A stretch of DNA of 63,949 nucleotides, counting the filler, from Octopus bimaculoides (lineage: Eukaryota): the NCBI RefSeq assembly GCF_001194135.2. It is 8 parts of 7 records of this genome, joined end to end, with 100 filler letters (N's around TTAATTAATTAA, not from the genome) between each part and the next. Parts side by side here need not be neighbours in the genome. Positions count along the whole stretch, not along the records: positions 23,163 to 49,948 come from NC_068985.1; positions 50,049 to 52,293 come from NW_026427453.1; positions 52,394 to 54,435 come from NC_069007.1; positions 54,536 to 57,145 come from NC_068994.1; 4 more parts are not named here. One strand, 5' to 3'. Below the pieces are notes generated by a model. The model did no database searches. It had not been told where the DNA came from and was given only the letters and a program-made list of their open reading frames with translations. The translations under genes and the position numbers were made by a program. Of the stretch, positions 39,346-54,585 are shown in pieces; positions within the stretch are counted from its first letter, which is position 1; every line of letters begins with the position of its first letter.

Positions 39346-40030
39346 TAATAATAACAATAATAATAATAATAACGTCCTGCACAAAAACACATTCAGGATG
39401 TTTAGTTTGGATGTTGAGATACAAAGCTGCTCATTTTCTGATAGAAGTCTCTTTGGTTTACTTGAGTGCCAATACACAAATGACATTTATTTGAGAATCT
39501 CCGGAAGCATGAAAATCAAAACCAGCCCGGCAGAATTTGAACTAGGAAGGTAAAGGAACGTGACTATAAGAGCTGCCAGGAATTTTACAAATATTCCATG
39601 AAGCGTTTGTGAGATAATGTAAGATAGTGTGACATGTATCGAAATCTGTCGGCAGATTTTCAAACGAGGAAAATAAAGCTGATTTGTGTGTGCGTGTGTG
39701 TGAGTGAGTGTGTGTGTGCGTGTGTGTGTATGTGTGTGTGTGTGCGCGTGCGTAAGTGCTTGCGAGTGTATACTTATATATGCAATTGTTATATATACAT
39801 GTGTATGTTTATACATATATATATGAATATNNNNNNNNNNNNNNNNNNNNNNNNNNNNNNNNNNNNNNNNNNNNNNNNNNNNNNNNNNNNNNNNNNNNNN
39901 NNNNNNNNNNNNNNNNNNNNNNNNNNNNNNNNNNNNNNNNNNNNNNATATATATATATATATATACATACATACACACACACAAACACATACACACATAT
40001 ATATCTATATATGTATATCTATCTATATTC

Positions 40031-40081
40031 GCATTCTGAAGAGATTTACTTAAACCAGTAAATTCAAACGATCGGAAATGC
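40031..40081 (+). ncRNA. degenerate type-I hammerhead ribozyme architecture
   Basis: GCATT-CTGAAGA-[GATTTAC/GTAAATT stem]-CAAA-CGATCG-GA-AATGC. Two core positions deviate (G12 and U16.1). Confidence 0.45.
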
Positions 40082-40179
40082 AGCGTTCATTTCTGCTTCG
40101 TTCTTTGTTATCTAAATAATTAAAGACATACCAGCGAAAACCACGACTTTCCCAATGTTATTATATCCATTTTCTTCTC

Positions 40180-40223
<44 letters not shown>

Positions 40224-42168
40224 TATAATAATATATATATATGTTGTTGTACTTGGGGATGGTCATATTGCCAGTTTAGCCAATAAAAACACACGCACTG
40301 TATATTTGGTGTTAATTTGCTTCAGTTTTATATTACATTATATTACATTAATCCTATTATGTAAACGGAATATATATATATATATATATTATAATAATGA
40401 TAATATATATATATATTATAATAATAATAATAATAAATATATATATATCGTTGTTATTATGCAAAAGTGTCGTAAGTCCAAAACACTGCTTTTCTGAAAA
40501 TGAAAAAATAGCTTCACCATTCCATTTCTTTTTACATTAGCAACAGTTTCAGATTAACAATAATACTTTGTTGGATGCATAAAATTGTAACTCCATGCAT
40601 GTATGATATTTTCAATCAGAAATATTTTTTCAAAACAGGCGTATGTGGGACTTACTATACTTTTGATAAATGCTAAACCGTTGTACTACACTTTGACAAT
40701 TTTCATATCTTGGCATCTGAAGCAGCTGGAGATACGACAGTTTGACCAAAAGAACCAGCTATAGCAAGCAAAAATTAACTATTGAAAAAAATCAAAATGA
40801 CCTACTTATTAAATTAATGTGTAACAGTGGCTGTACACAGATGCGTGTACTTTTAACCCTTTGCCTGTCCAAAGCTTTTTTCATAAGTTTGTCCTAAACA
40901 TCAATGCTTGTTTTCTGACTTTTAGTTAGCCCTTGTTCCACACGTTGTGAGTGATACAAAGCATTCTTTTCATAAATTCCAAGTTATTATGGTAATTGGA
41001 AAGAACTGGCAATATGTATCCTATATGATGCATGGACGCCAGGAAATATGTCTTGTGTATCAAGTTATAACACAATCCTGTGGAGGGATCTTTTCGTCCA
41101 CTTATTTTCTTTGATAATATTTGGGTCGACACAAGGGTTTGGTAAAATACACTGTCCAAGAGGCTAGTATAGGATGGAAGTCGAGACCTCTTCGTTGCGA
41201 AGCAAACTTCTTAAACACTCCCCTAAATAGATTTATGAAATGTATGGATATGACTCCATATAGGTATCTGTATATTGTCTTTTAAGTTCCATTATGTATG
41301 TAGTATATTGTGCATTGCCCCTGTAACCTCATCAGCTTTGTACACTGTGATACATTGCTGTATAATATATATAGTTTTCTTCAACTTCTACGTTATATGT
41401 TAAGTTACTTGACATTGCATGTTGCTAACTATTGTGTGTCGTTTGCACGCTGCAATTGTATTCAACATTATAATGTATATTATGCATTCTATCATTTGTA
41501 CAGCATGCATTTGTATTTGCATTACATTTAGTTGTGCAATTTTTTGTGCATTTGGCATTGTTCTGTAAGTTACGTGATGCAGAAGCCATTACATCCGCGA
41601 ATGTATAGAGTGGTGTATGATGTATGATATATGGCGTGGCTTACATGTTTTATCATATTCTCCTTTTTGCTTTTTCGTTATTGATACTGTTGTATAATTG
41701 TGTGTATTGACTTTGCATGCTTGTGTGTATGAGCGTACATACATATATGTGTGGCGGCGAGCGTGCGTACATAAATAAACAAACCTATACTTATATTCAT
41801 ACATTCTATGAAAATTTAGCGTAAATTATGCTGCCTGCAACCACATGAATACGCCCGTATAAAACGAACACAGATAGTTGAACGCACAACAATATGTATT
41901 CACCAACGACTTCAACCGTTTACGAATTGTTCTCTTTATCTCTCTGTATTCACACAGTAAGTTTTTACGACTCATAACACCTTAAGTATCCCTCTACTTT
42001 CTGTATGTATATTACGTATGTATATTATGTACGTATGTATGTATGTATTTTTTCAAAACAGGCGTATGTACATATATCTAAATGCATATGTACATGTGCA
42101 TTATATGTGTGCGTACATCTATATATATATATGCATGCATAAACATGTATATACATATATGTGTACAA

Positions 42169-42211
<43 letters not shown>

Positions 42212-43106
42212 CATGTATGTATGTATGTATGTATGTATGTATGTATGTATGTATGATATAATATAACATATATATCTGTGTGTGTTTGTGTGAGTTTGTG
42301 TGCTTGCATGTATATATACTGTTCGCAAGTCTGTGTTCCGGTGATCGGTGTTCATGTAATATTGTATGATATCTATATCACCTACATATATATACATGTG
42401 TATATGTGTGTGTGCGTATATAGATACATATCTGCATCTGAACTGCATCTATGTATCTGTGTACATTTGTATGCATCAGTTTATATAAAAGTGAGTAAGT
42501 GAATGAGTGAGCGAGCGAGTGAGTGAGTAAGTGAATGAGTGAGTGAGCGAGTGAGTGAGTGAGCGAGTGAGTGAGTGAGTATGCATGTGATTGCCTTTGT
42601 GTGATTCTGCATCTCTGCTTGCAAATGTGCTTGTGACTGCGAGTCGACGTGTGCGTATGACCTGGCGCATACGAATGCGTGTGTCTATGAGATCTCTTGG
42701 AAAAACGTTTAATGGAGGGATCGAAATTGAATCAATAGTTTTGCGAAGGTGTAAAGAAGATAATGAAATATAATTATTTCGAAATTCATCGCATTCAGTC
42801 CATTCATTCATGACAGCGAAACCAAATAAATAGCATTTAAGTGCAGACGTATGTTTTTATGTCTCTGTAGAGTCATGGAGGATGTGAAGTAGCTTCCATT
42901 TCTTTTTATGTTCTCCAAAATTTCCACTTTGTATCTGCGTGTGTATATGCATGCGAGGGAAGGAGAGGATGTGGGGGTGTGAGTTTTTTTCGTTTTCGTG
43001 TGTGAGTGAATGTGTGTCTATGTGTTTGTGGTAGTCACCCAAACTTTCCATACTTATGTCATTAGATGTGTGTATATTCATATGTATGTATGTATGTATG
43101 TATGTG

Positions 43107-43147
<41 letters not shown>

Positions 43148-43364
43148 ATGTATATGTATATATNNNNNNNNNNNNNNNNNNNNNNNNNNNNNNNNNNNNN
43201 NNNNNNNNNNNNNNNNNNNNNNNNNNNNNNNNNNNNNNNNNNNNNNNNNNNNNNNNNNNNNNNNNNNNNNNNNNNNNNNNNNTATATATATATATACATA
43301 CTTATATGTAGACACATATAAACATATATATATATGCATGCACACACACACACATATATGTATT

Positions 43365-43396
<32 letters not shown>

Positions 43397-43604
43397 CATG
43401 TATGTATATATGTGTGTATGTATGTATGTATGTGTGGATGTATGTGTGTATGTATGTATGTATGTATGTATGTATACCGTAGAGAAACGAAATAAAATGG
43501 TAAAATTAATGGACGTTTTGTATGCTTGTCGGTACTATCATTTATCTCTCTTCAACAGTTTTTCTTTCGTGCAGATATAGAAACGGTTAGATAGATAGAT
43601 AGAT

Positions 43605-43635
<31 letters not shown>

Positions 43636-43882
43636 TACATACATACATACATACATACATACATACATAATTCATACATACATACGTACGTGCGTACATA
43701 CATACATACATACATACATAATACACACATACACACATACATACATACATACATACATACATACATACAAACATGCATGAATGCATGCATACATACGAAC
43801 ATAATGCATACACTGTAGTTAAGTAGACTGATACATACATCATACATGAACAGACAGACAGACAGACAGATAAATAGAGAAG

Positions 43883-43944
<62 letters not shown>

Positions 43945-44070
43945 GAAAAAAGAAAGAAAGAAAGAAAGAAAGGAATAAAGAAAGATGGATAGAGATAGAG
44001 GGGGAGAGAAACAAGCGGACAGACGAAGAAGAGGAAGAAAAAAGGAAGATAAATAGATAAATAGATGGGC

Positions 44071-44121
<51 letters not shown>

Positions 44122-44136
44122 TAGATAGATAGATAT

Positions 44137-44214
<78 letters not shown>

Positions 44215-44689
44215 TACATACATATACTCATCTATTGTTATTGAGAAATTTAACGACTGATCTTGATTCCGTAGGAAAATGTATTTCTCCGGCAGAACTG
44301 CGATAGCCATAAATCAAACTTGTCCATAAGTAAAAGTTCACATCGATTCACAAACTTACTAATTCTGGTAGCAGCTGAGACACCATTATGTTAAAATAGT
44401 GATTTAATGAATAAATTTGTATCTATAAGTGTTTCTTGTAAGTCTACTTATGCATTTAGTGAGAGAGAGAAGTAGGTTGACCGAAAAAAACATGGAAGCA
44501 GACAGTTATAAAATATATATAAAAATAATATATGAGTGCTTGTATGCATGTATGTATGTATGTATGTATGTATGTATGTGTGTGTGTATGTATGTATGTA
44601 TGTGTGTATCGTGTATGTATGTCATATATATATCACACACATAGTATATAGTATATATAATGTATGTTCATACTACTTCTGTATATTCA

Positions 44690-44757
<68 letters not shown>

Positions 44758-45576
44758 AATATGATCAATGTGTAGCTGGGCAGATTGTGCTTCTAGTCAT
44801 TACTCAATGCCCGTGATAGATAGAGCGCTTATATTTATATATGTGTGTGTATGTATGTGTGTATATGTACTTATGAGTGCATACATATATATGCATATAC
44901 GTATGCATGCATATGTGTACGTATTTATGCATGCAGGTATGGTTATTGGATAAACTCGTTGTAAAGGGGTACTAGTAACCAACAGTATATAAAAAGAAAA
45001 CTCAAGGCTAGAAGTAGTGTATTGTAAAAAATATTAACAAAGATGAAAAGTATCTGGATTACAAAATAACTAATGCATCAACTTTCTCATAATCACATTT
45101 TTTATGTGGCAAATTCAGTAAAATTCCTGGATAGATTGTGTGTGTATATGATATTAACTGTTGCGAACATGGGGAGAGAATTGTGTGGAGATGGGAGAAA
45201 ACGGGAAATTAAAGAAGAGCACGGTTAGTATTTACAACAAAATTCATACATGGGTGAAAAATAAAATCAAGATATATAAAGATATAAAGATTGTGGAAAT
45301 TGATAAGAGGGAAGAAATAGAAAAAGTCGACAAAAGATTATATGTGTAAGAAATAAATGAAAAGAAAAATTGAATAAAAAATGTTTCATCATAGTTTTGT
45401 GATTATTAGAGACTAGACTGTAAACAACGTCTGTTAGGAATACCGAGACAAAGTTACCTTTAGTTTTTGATATTAATGTTCAGGTGGTGAATTTTTTTTT
45501 TTTTTATGTAAAAGAAGGGAAGTAGTTCTGGATTATATTTGGAGAGGGATTCTTGAGAAATAGGTTTAGCTTTTTC

Positions 45577-45623
<47 letters not shown>

Positions 45624-47014
45624 AAAAAGCGATCTTGGTAGGGTTGGCTACTAAAACAGAGCCACAAGCTAGCAAACTAACTTTCAGTTTAATTTCAAGG
45701 TTCCAATTTTTCTTCTTTTATTTAACTGGTAAACACTACCTTCTCATATTCCTTTCTTCCATTTTCCTGTCAACTATTCGTCGTTTTCTCTCCTCGTAAA
45801 CAATTTCGTATTTGAATTTTTCTATTGTTGCAGTTGTCGTTGTCCAACCCCGTTGTGTTAATTCACACCTAACATATTAATTCTGATTTCAATAGACTAA
45901 AAGGACACAACTCTTTTGAGGTTTTGCATTCCACTTCTTTCATTTACTGTCCTCTTGTCCTTTCACGTGTTTTCTCAAAGATCAATATCATTTCTCGGTT
46001 TTTGCCAAAGACAAGCGCCCTTTCCCGGTTTTTCTTCCTTTTTTTCAAAAACTGTCGCATCATGTTTGATATTTGAATTCAAAGGACTGTATATTTGAAT
46101 CTAGACTTGTGTTTTACATCATGAAATTAATAGTAACTCGAATTTGAATTCTCTGTATATCAACACACATATGTAATATATATATATATATATANNNNNN
46201 NNNNNNNNNNNNNNNNNNNNNNNNNNNNNNNNNNNNNNNNNNNNNNNNNNNNNNNNNNNNNNNNNNNNNNNNNNNNNNNNNNNNNNNNNNNNNNNNNNNN
46301 NNNNNNNNNNNNNNNNNNNNNNNNNNNNNNNNNNNNNNNNNNNNNNNNNNNNNNNNNNNNNNNNNNNNNNNNNNNNNNNNNNNNNNNNNNNNNNNNNNNN
46401 NNNNNNNNNNNNNNNNNNNNNNNNNNNNNNNNNNNNNNNNNNNNNNNNNNNNNNNNNNNNNNNNNNNNNNNNNNNNNNNNNNNNNNNNNNNNNNNNNNNN
46501 NNNNNNNNNNNNNNNNNNNNNNNNNNNNNNNNNNNNNNNNNNNNNNNNNNNNNNNNNNNNNNNNNNNNNNNNNNNNNNNNNNNNNNNNNNNNNNNNNNNN
46601 NNNNNNNNNNNNNNNNNNNNNNNNNNNNNNNNNNNNNNNNNNNNNNNNNNNNNNNNNNNNNNNNNNNNNNNNNNNNNNNNNNNNNNNNNNNNNNNNNNNN
46701 NNNNNNNNNNNNNNNNNNNNNNNNNNNNNNNNNNNNNNNNNNNNNNNNNNNNNNNNNNNNNNNNNNNNNNNNNNNNNNNNNNNNNNNNNNNNNNNNNNNN
46801 NNNNNNNNNNNNNNNNNNNNNNNNNNNNNNNNNNNNNNNNNNNNNNNNNNNNNNNNNNNNNNNNNNNNNNNNNNNNNNNNNNNNNNNNNNNNNNNNNNNN
46901 NNNNNNNNNNNNNNNNNNNNNNNNNNNNNNNNNNNNNNNNNNNNNNNNAACCAAATACGTATACGCTGTTATGTATTGCCTTATCTGCTTCTAGATTCGC
47001 TATTCCGAAAAAGA

Positions 47015-47060
<46 letters not shown>

Positions 47061-47115
47061 CTGTCTGTGTCTGTATCTGTGTGCGTTTGTGTGTGTATAC
47101 ATATATACATGCATA

Positions 47116-47154
<39 letters not shown>

Positions 47155-47180
47155 CTCTATAGTCACCTCTGTATATGTGT

Positions 47181-47228
<48 letters not shown>

Positions 47229-47329
47229 TTATATATACATATGTGGGTGTGTGTGTTTATATATANNNNNNNNNNNNNNNNNNNNNNNNNNNNNNNNNNN
47301 NNNNNNNNNNNNNNNNNNNNNNNNNNNNN

Positions 47330-47370
<41 letters not shown>

Positions 47371-47824
47371 TATATATATATATATATATATGGGAGATGT
47401 GGGGTCGGTGATCATAAAATTTGGAACATTACCTTTATTCAAGAATTAAGCAGGTACATTTGGATTAAATTGATTATTTCCAAGTGTAGCGTTAATGGCA
47501 TTATTATTATTAATTTCCCTTATTATTTATTAATGGTTCGCTAAGCACATTAAGAGTTTTCAATTCTTAGATGCGAAATAATTAGATAGTATCTCATATA
47601 ACAAAAACAAGCATCAAAATACTCAAGGTTAGCAAATACTGTGTGAGGACGTCTTAACATTTATTTACAGATCCAAGTATTGCTTTTTAATTAATTATTA
47701 TTTATTTTATGAAACATGTTTGGTATGCATCAGAGTAAATGATCTGTCAATCTGTGCACAAAAGTGGTTGTCATTTTTTCGAACTGTATGCCAGTTCAAG
47801 TGGTGGTGGTGGGGAGGGTGATGG

Positions 47825-48045
47825 TGGAAGATATATTCTTTTCTACTCTAGGCACAAGGCCCGAAATTTGGGGGGAGGGGCCAGTCGATTAGATCGACTC
47901 CAGTATGTAACTGGTACTTAATTTATCGACCCCGAAAGGATGAAAGGCAAAATCGACATCGGCGGAATTTGAACTCAGAATTTGAACTCAGAATGCCGCT
48001 AAGCATTTCGTCCGGCATGCTAACGTCTCTGCCAGATCGCTGCCT
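47825..48045 (-). mobile_element. SINE family B, full length, CpG-retaining
   Basis: TTTCTACTCTAGGCACAAGGCCCGAAATT..ATCGACCCCGAAAGG..GCTAAGCATTTCG. Confidence 0.9.
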
Positions 48046-48514
48046 TGATGGTGGTAGATATATGTGGTGGCGACGGTGCTGCTTCTGTTGGTGCTGGTCG
48101 TGCCTGTGGTGGTAGCGGTAGTGGTGGTGGCTGTGGTGTTTGTACCGGTGTTACTGGTCGTGCTGGTTGTTGTGATGGTATTAGTGTAGGTGTTGTTGTT
48201 GTTGGTGGTGTTGGTGATGAAGGCTGAGATGTCAGAACGGAGAACTAACCTAAGTTGGCTTCGGAAATGCTCTCGGAAATCAATAGGACTGAATGCAGTC
48301 GAATACTCAATCCGATGGTCTATAAGTAGTATACATGAGTATAAAAACGTCAAAAATTACTTCAGTCATCATCATTACTTCATTATCCTCATCCACGTCA
48401 CCACCACCACCACCATCACCATCATCATCATCATCATCAGCTTCACCGTCAACTTAGCCATCGTCATAATCATCATTATCATTACCATCATAAATAATTA
48501 AGACGGGGAACTGG

Positions 48515-48710
48515 CAAAATCTTTTAGCTCGCCGGACCAAATAAATGCTTCACAACATTTCTTCACGGCTTTGCGCTCTGAGTTCAAATTTCGCCGTGGT
48601 CAGCTTTGACTCTCATCTTTTTCACGTACCAGTTAAGTATTGGGGGTCGGATGTAATAGAATAACTCCCTCTCAAAATTGCTGGCCTTATGCCAAAATTA
48701 GAAACAATTA
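48515..48710 (+). mobile_element. SINE family B
   Basis: GAACTGGCAAAATC..CTGAGTTCAAATTTCGCCGTGGTCAGCTTTGAC..GGCCTTATGCCAAAATTAGAAAC. Confidence 0.75.
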
Positions 48711-48973
48711 TCATCACCATCACCATCATCATAACTACCACCTCTTCGTCATCGTCATCATTTTCGTGGTCATTATCGTTGTCATCATCATTGTTTCCTA
48801 AATAGCAGACACCCGTGGTAAAGCGGAGTTCTTTTTTTTCGTTTTCTTCTTTTTTGTTTTGTCTTCGTTTTCTTATTTTTAGTTTTAGTTTTAGAAAGCG
48901 CTTCCTACGTTCTTCTATTCCCCGTAATGGTAAAATAATCATTATATATTATTATCATTATTATTATTATTAT

Positions 48974-49026
<53 letters not shown>

Positions 49027-49705
49027 CTTAGCCAGAGGAGAAATTTAACTTAAATAATGATGGGAAAAGTGAAATAAAACCAGTGAGAAAGAGAAAGAGA
49101 AAGAGAGACAGAAAGGGAGAAAACGTCAAAGACAGATATAAAATCTTTGCGAAGTGGAAGGTGGTCATGCAGAGAAAAGTAGATAATTTGATAAAGCCAC
49201 TTCTAATCTTAAACTAGGCCTAGGCAAAATACTACCACCATCATTATCACCATTATCATCATCATCATCATCATCATCATCATTGTCGTCGATGACGTCA
49301 TCATCGTCATCATCCTCATCGCCATCATCGTCATCGTCGTCATCATCGTCATCATCATCAGCATAGTCGTCGTCGTCGTTGTCGTCCGTCATCAGCACAC
49401 CATCATTACCGTCTCCAATACAAATGTCTGGCCATCATCATCATAATCGTTGTTACTATCGCGTTATATAAGAAGCTATTCCGATCGTCACTGACGTTAT
49501 GCTACAGTTCAGTCAGTCAGTCGGTCAGTCAGTCAGTCAGTCAGTCAGTCAGTCAGTCAGTCAGTCGGTCAGTCGGTCAGTCAGTCAGTCAGTCAGTACC
49601 ACAGTTGCTAACAACGTCCGCATCATCATTGTCGTCGTAGTCGGCATTATCATCATCATTACCATCATCGTTAGCAACATCATCATGACTATTGTCGTCA
49701 TCATC

Positions 49706-49737
<32 letters not shown>

Positions 49738-49778
49738 CATTGGCACTACCACTGCCGCCGCATCTGCAACCCTCATCA

Positions 49779-49815
<37 letters not shown>

Positions 49816-49876
49816 TTCATCATTATCTTCACCATCATTGACACTACCACTGCCGCCGCCTCTGCAACCGTCATCA

Positions 49877-49916
<40 letters not shown>

Positions 49917-49948
49917 TTCACCATCATTGACACTACCACTGCCGCCGC

Positions 49949-50048
49949 NNNNNNNNNNNNNNNNNNNNNNNNNNNNNNNNNNNNNNNNNNNNTTAATTAA
50001 TTAANNNNNNNNNNNNNNNNNNNNNNNNNNNNNNNNNNNNNNNNNNNN
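49949..50048. other. artificial scaffold spacer
   Basis: 44N-TTAATTAATTAA(49993-50004)-44N. Confidence 0.95.
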
Positions 50049-51294
<1,246 letters not shown>

Positions 51295-51670
51295 TACAGG
51301 GGTTGGACAAAATAATGGAAACAGCTAGCATTATGATTTTGAATTATCTATTAAAGCATCAAAATCTTGTTTATTTTAATGTTTTTTTTTATTTATTATT
51401 AGTGTTGCTTAATATGTTTTTTAAAATTGCTGTGTCTCTTCAGATATCATTAGGAAAAGGTAATTAAAATTCATCAAAGTGACAGGTCTATTGGACTTTC
51501 AAAGAGGTCAAATTGTTGGTGCTTGTATAGCAAGCACTAGTGTAACGAAAACAGCCAAAATGTTTGGTGTATCAAGAAGGTATTGTCTTGAAAGTAATGA
51601 TAGCCTTTGAGAAAGAGGGAAAACCTCCTCATCGAAACAAAACTCTGGAAGAAAACTAAAACTTTCAGAT
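51295..51670 (+). mobile_element. Tc1-like element 5' end (TIR plus N-terminal HTH relic) inserted at TA in the Helitron
   Basis: TA+CAGGGGTTGGACAAAATAATGGAAAC terminus. Translation LDFQRGQIVGA..SVTKTAKMFGVSR/VLKVM.AFEKEGK/SSSKQNSGRK.KLSD. Confidence 0.85.
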
Positions 51671-52293
51671 ATGTTTAGCCCCTTGTGGGCAATAAAGAAA
51701 TAAGAAAATATACTGCTTTTTTATAAATATAAACAAACAAACATTTGTTTTTATTAGAAGTGTCGAAATGTGTATTGTACAATACAAACAAGAAATAATA
51801 TTTTTTTCAAATGCAGCAATGCCATTAGAACAGCAGATATTGTGGGTAAATTACCCTTACAAGGCAGAAAAAATTTGTCAACAAACAGCCTTGAGACTAG
51901 AATCCACATTCCCCAAGACTCCAGTTGAGCGCTTTACCATTAAGCTAAACTTCCACTGACAAATTCATCTGCCGATTTAGATGCTAAATAGCTTATTGAC
52001 TAACCATGTGTGTATAAATATAAAACAAACTTGTTTTTATACTGCTTTATTTTTATTGTACAAATAAAATTTTTCCTTTTTCTCTTTGATATAATTTAGT
52101 CATTTTATGAATGTCTTTACAATATACTCTTGATGTGCCATTTTAAAAAAATAAGGTACAAAAAAAATTTCATTGGAATGAGATAGTCAAAGAGTAATTG
52201 TAAAACCCTACTGTGCACATGCAGAGATTTTCATATTTGTGATAATGTAAGTGTTCCTAACATGACCATCAATCTTTTCAAATTCAAATTTCA

Positions 52294-52393
52294 NNNNNNN
52301 NNNNNNNNNNNNNNNNNNNNNNNNNNNNNNNNNNNNNTTAATTAATTAANNNNNNNNNNNNNNNNNNNNNNNNNNNNNNNNNNNNNNNNNNNN
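52294..52393. other. artificial scaffold spacer
   Basis: 44N-TTAATTAATTAA(52338-52349)-44N. Confidence 0.95.
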
Positions 52394-52569
52394 GTGCGTA
52401 TATATGTATACATGCATGTATGTGTGTGTATGTATATATGCATGTATGTGTGTGTGTATATATATGAGATCCTTAACCACACAGCCATGCCCGCAACTAC
52501 AAAAAGAACGAAGCTTCTTGCCGGGTCATTCAGACCCATAGGGACGGTTTTTCTGGCATGTATATTCCG

Positions 52570-52745
52570 CCTCTGGGTAGGACACCGATCCGGAGCAGAA
52601 CTATTCATTATTGCCTGCTGAGTGGACCGGAGTCACGTTAAATGAAATATTTTGCTCAAGAACCCAACACATCACCCAGTCCATGAATCGAAACTACAAT
52701 CTTACTATCAGAAGTTCAACGCCCTAACCACTCAGCCACACGTCT
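52570..52745 (-). mobile_element. CORE-type SINE head (family C)
   Basis: GCTGAGTGGACCGGAG..TTTGCTCAAGAAC..GAATCGAAAC..CCCTAACCACTCAGCCAC. Confidence 0.75.
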
Positions 52746-52973
52746 CCACTTTTACGCCTCTGCATATGGGGAAATATATCTTTACAACATCCTTACATCA
52801 TATATACAGCTACACAAAACATAAAGAAACACATTTACACACACAACTGGTTTACACTTAGGAAGGCCACTGTCTCACGAATCGACCTTCATCAGTCAAA
52901 TTTGGTAGTTTTCGCACCCACGATCATATCTCACAAATATATACGCCAAAAAGAACGAGAAATAAAAATACAA

Positions 52974-53245
52974 AAAATGGCGTACGTGATGGAATTGCAA
53001 ACGTGACATTAATGCGTGTGTTGGTTTCTCTCTCGTCCCAGAAGCCAATGACGTCATTTGTCATTCGTACACAGCTAAATGTGCACTACATGCTATTTAG
53101 AAAAGATGTAATATGGAAGAGGAGGAGGAGGAGGAGGAGGAGCAGCTACGCCTGGCCATCTCTGATGATCGAAAGTACTTCCGGTTCAGACATCTTGTTT
53201 AAGTACGGCGTTTAAGTGGTCATCATTTTCGTTTCACTGACGTCA
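52974..53245. promoter_or_regulatory. CpG-containing cluster of promoter motifs (YY1-like, CCAAT, two CRE, ETS)
   Basis: AAAATGGCG 52974-52982, CCAAT 53045-53049, TGACGTCA 53049-53056 and 53238-53245, ACTTCCGG 53177-53184. Confidence 0.35.
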
Positions 53246-54374
53246 AGTGTTTTTGAGTTGAATACGCTGTTAAGTTTGTAGAACTCACACCGACAGTGGG
53301 AACAGCAGTCAAAGAAACTTTGTTTATACTTGACACACATACATACATACATACATACATACATACATACATACATACATACATACCACACTGCCTAAAT
53401 ATCAATCTTGAGAAATTAGGCTTCTCTAAACCGGAAAGGAGAAAGCTAATTCGAAGACTACAGATCAAATCCATCACTGGAACAGTAAACGTGTGTAAAC
53501 GTGCGTGAAACTTTCCAGAAGTTTATCATTTAAATATATATGACCATGTTTAGATATGTAACTATATGCATGGGAATATATACATAAAGTAAAACATACA
53601 AATCTGCATACATACATACGTGCGCCACGCACATATATATTGATATATATATACATATATATATATATACATACACACATGTATGCACACCTACATGTAT
53701 ACAACTATATTTATGTGTGTGTGTGTGTGTATGATATATATANNNNNNNNNNNNNNNNNNNNNNNNNNNNNNNNNNNNNNNNNNNNNNNNNNNNNNNNNN
53801 NNNNNNNNNNNNNNNNNNNNNNNNNNNNNNNNNNNNNNNNNNNNNNNNNNNNNNNNNNNNNNNNNNNNNNNNNNNNNNNNNNNNNNNNNNNNNNNNNNNN
53901 NNNNNNNNNNNNNNNNNNNNNNNNNNNNNNNNNNNNNNNNNNNNTATATATATATATATGCATATATGTATATAGTTGAAGTTTACAGAAAAACAAAAAA
54001 GACGAAGACAAGTGTATGAACAACAAGCAGGTGTATTAGTTTGTCGGAAGGGAAAGTGGGAAAGTCATTTACATTTCGAGCCTACGCTCTTCAGTAGAAA
54101 GGAATAAGAGAAAATAGACAGCGAGAGAATAAAAAAACTTGTAGATTTAGCAGTCATTCATGCGTACATATGCATATCAATGTATTATACATACGTGTGC
54201 GTATAAATACTATATATATGACAGTCATGAGTATATACGTATATCAATGTATTATACATACGTGTTTGTATATATATGCATACATACATATATATCTGTA
54301 TGGTCAGATATAGTCAGTATCAATTACGATCAATAATCTACATCTATCTATCTATCTATCTATCTATCTACCCA

Positions 54375-54435
<61 letters not shown>

Positions 54436-54535
54436 NNNNNNNNNNNNNNNNNNNNNNNNNNNNNNNNNNNNNNNNNNNNTTAATTAATTAANNNNNNNNN
54501 NNNNNNNNNNNNNNNNNNNNNNNNNNNNNNNNNNN
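54436..54535. other. artificial scaffold spacer
   Basis: 44N-TTAATTAATTAA(54480-54491)-44N. Confidence 0.95.

Positions 54536-54585
<50 letters not shown>

Noticed and set aside
45880-46100. Complex sequence with partly open minus frames
   Set aside because: No convincing splice sites and no recognisable protein motif.
49741-49948. Three ~90-100 bp tandem units containing CACTACCACTGCCGCCGC
   Set aside because: Local duplication within a (CAT)n low-complexity tract next to a gap; slippage or an assembly effect.
53162-53180. CTGATGA-TC-GAAA-GTAC-TT, an intact hammerhead core with palindromic AGTACT
   Set aside because: Only 2 nt lie between the core halves (no helix II) and no helix I forms. 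It overlaps an ETS motif, so chance is likely.
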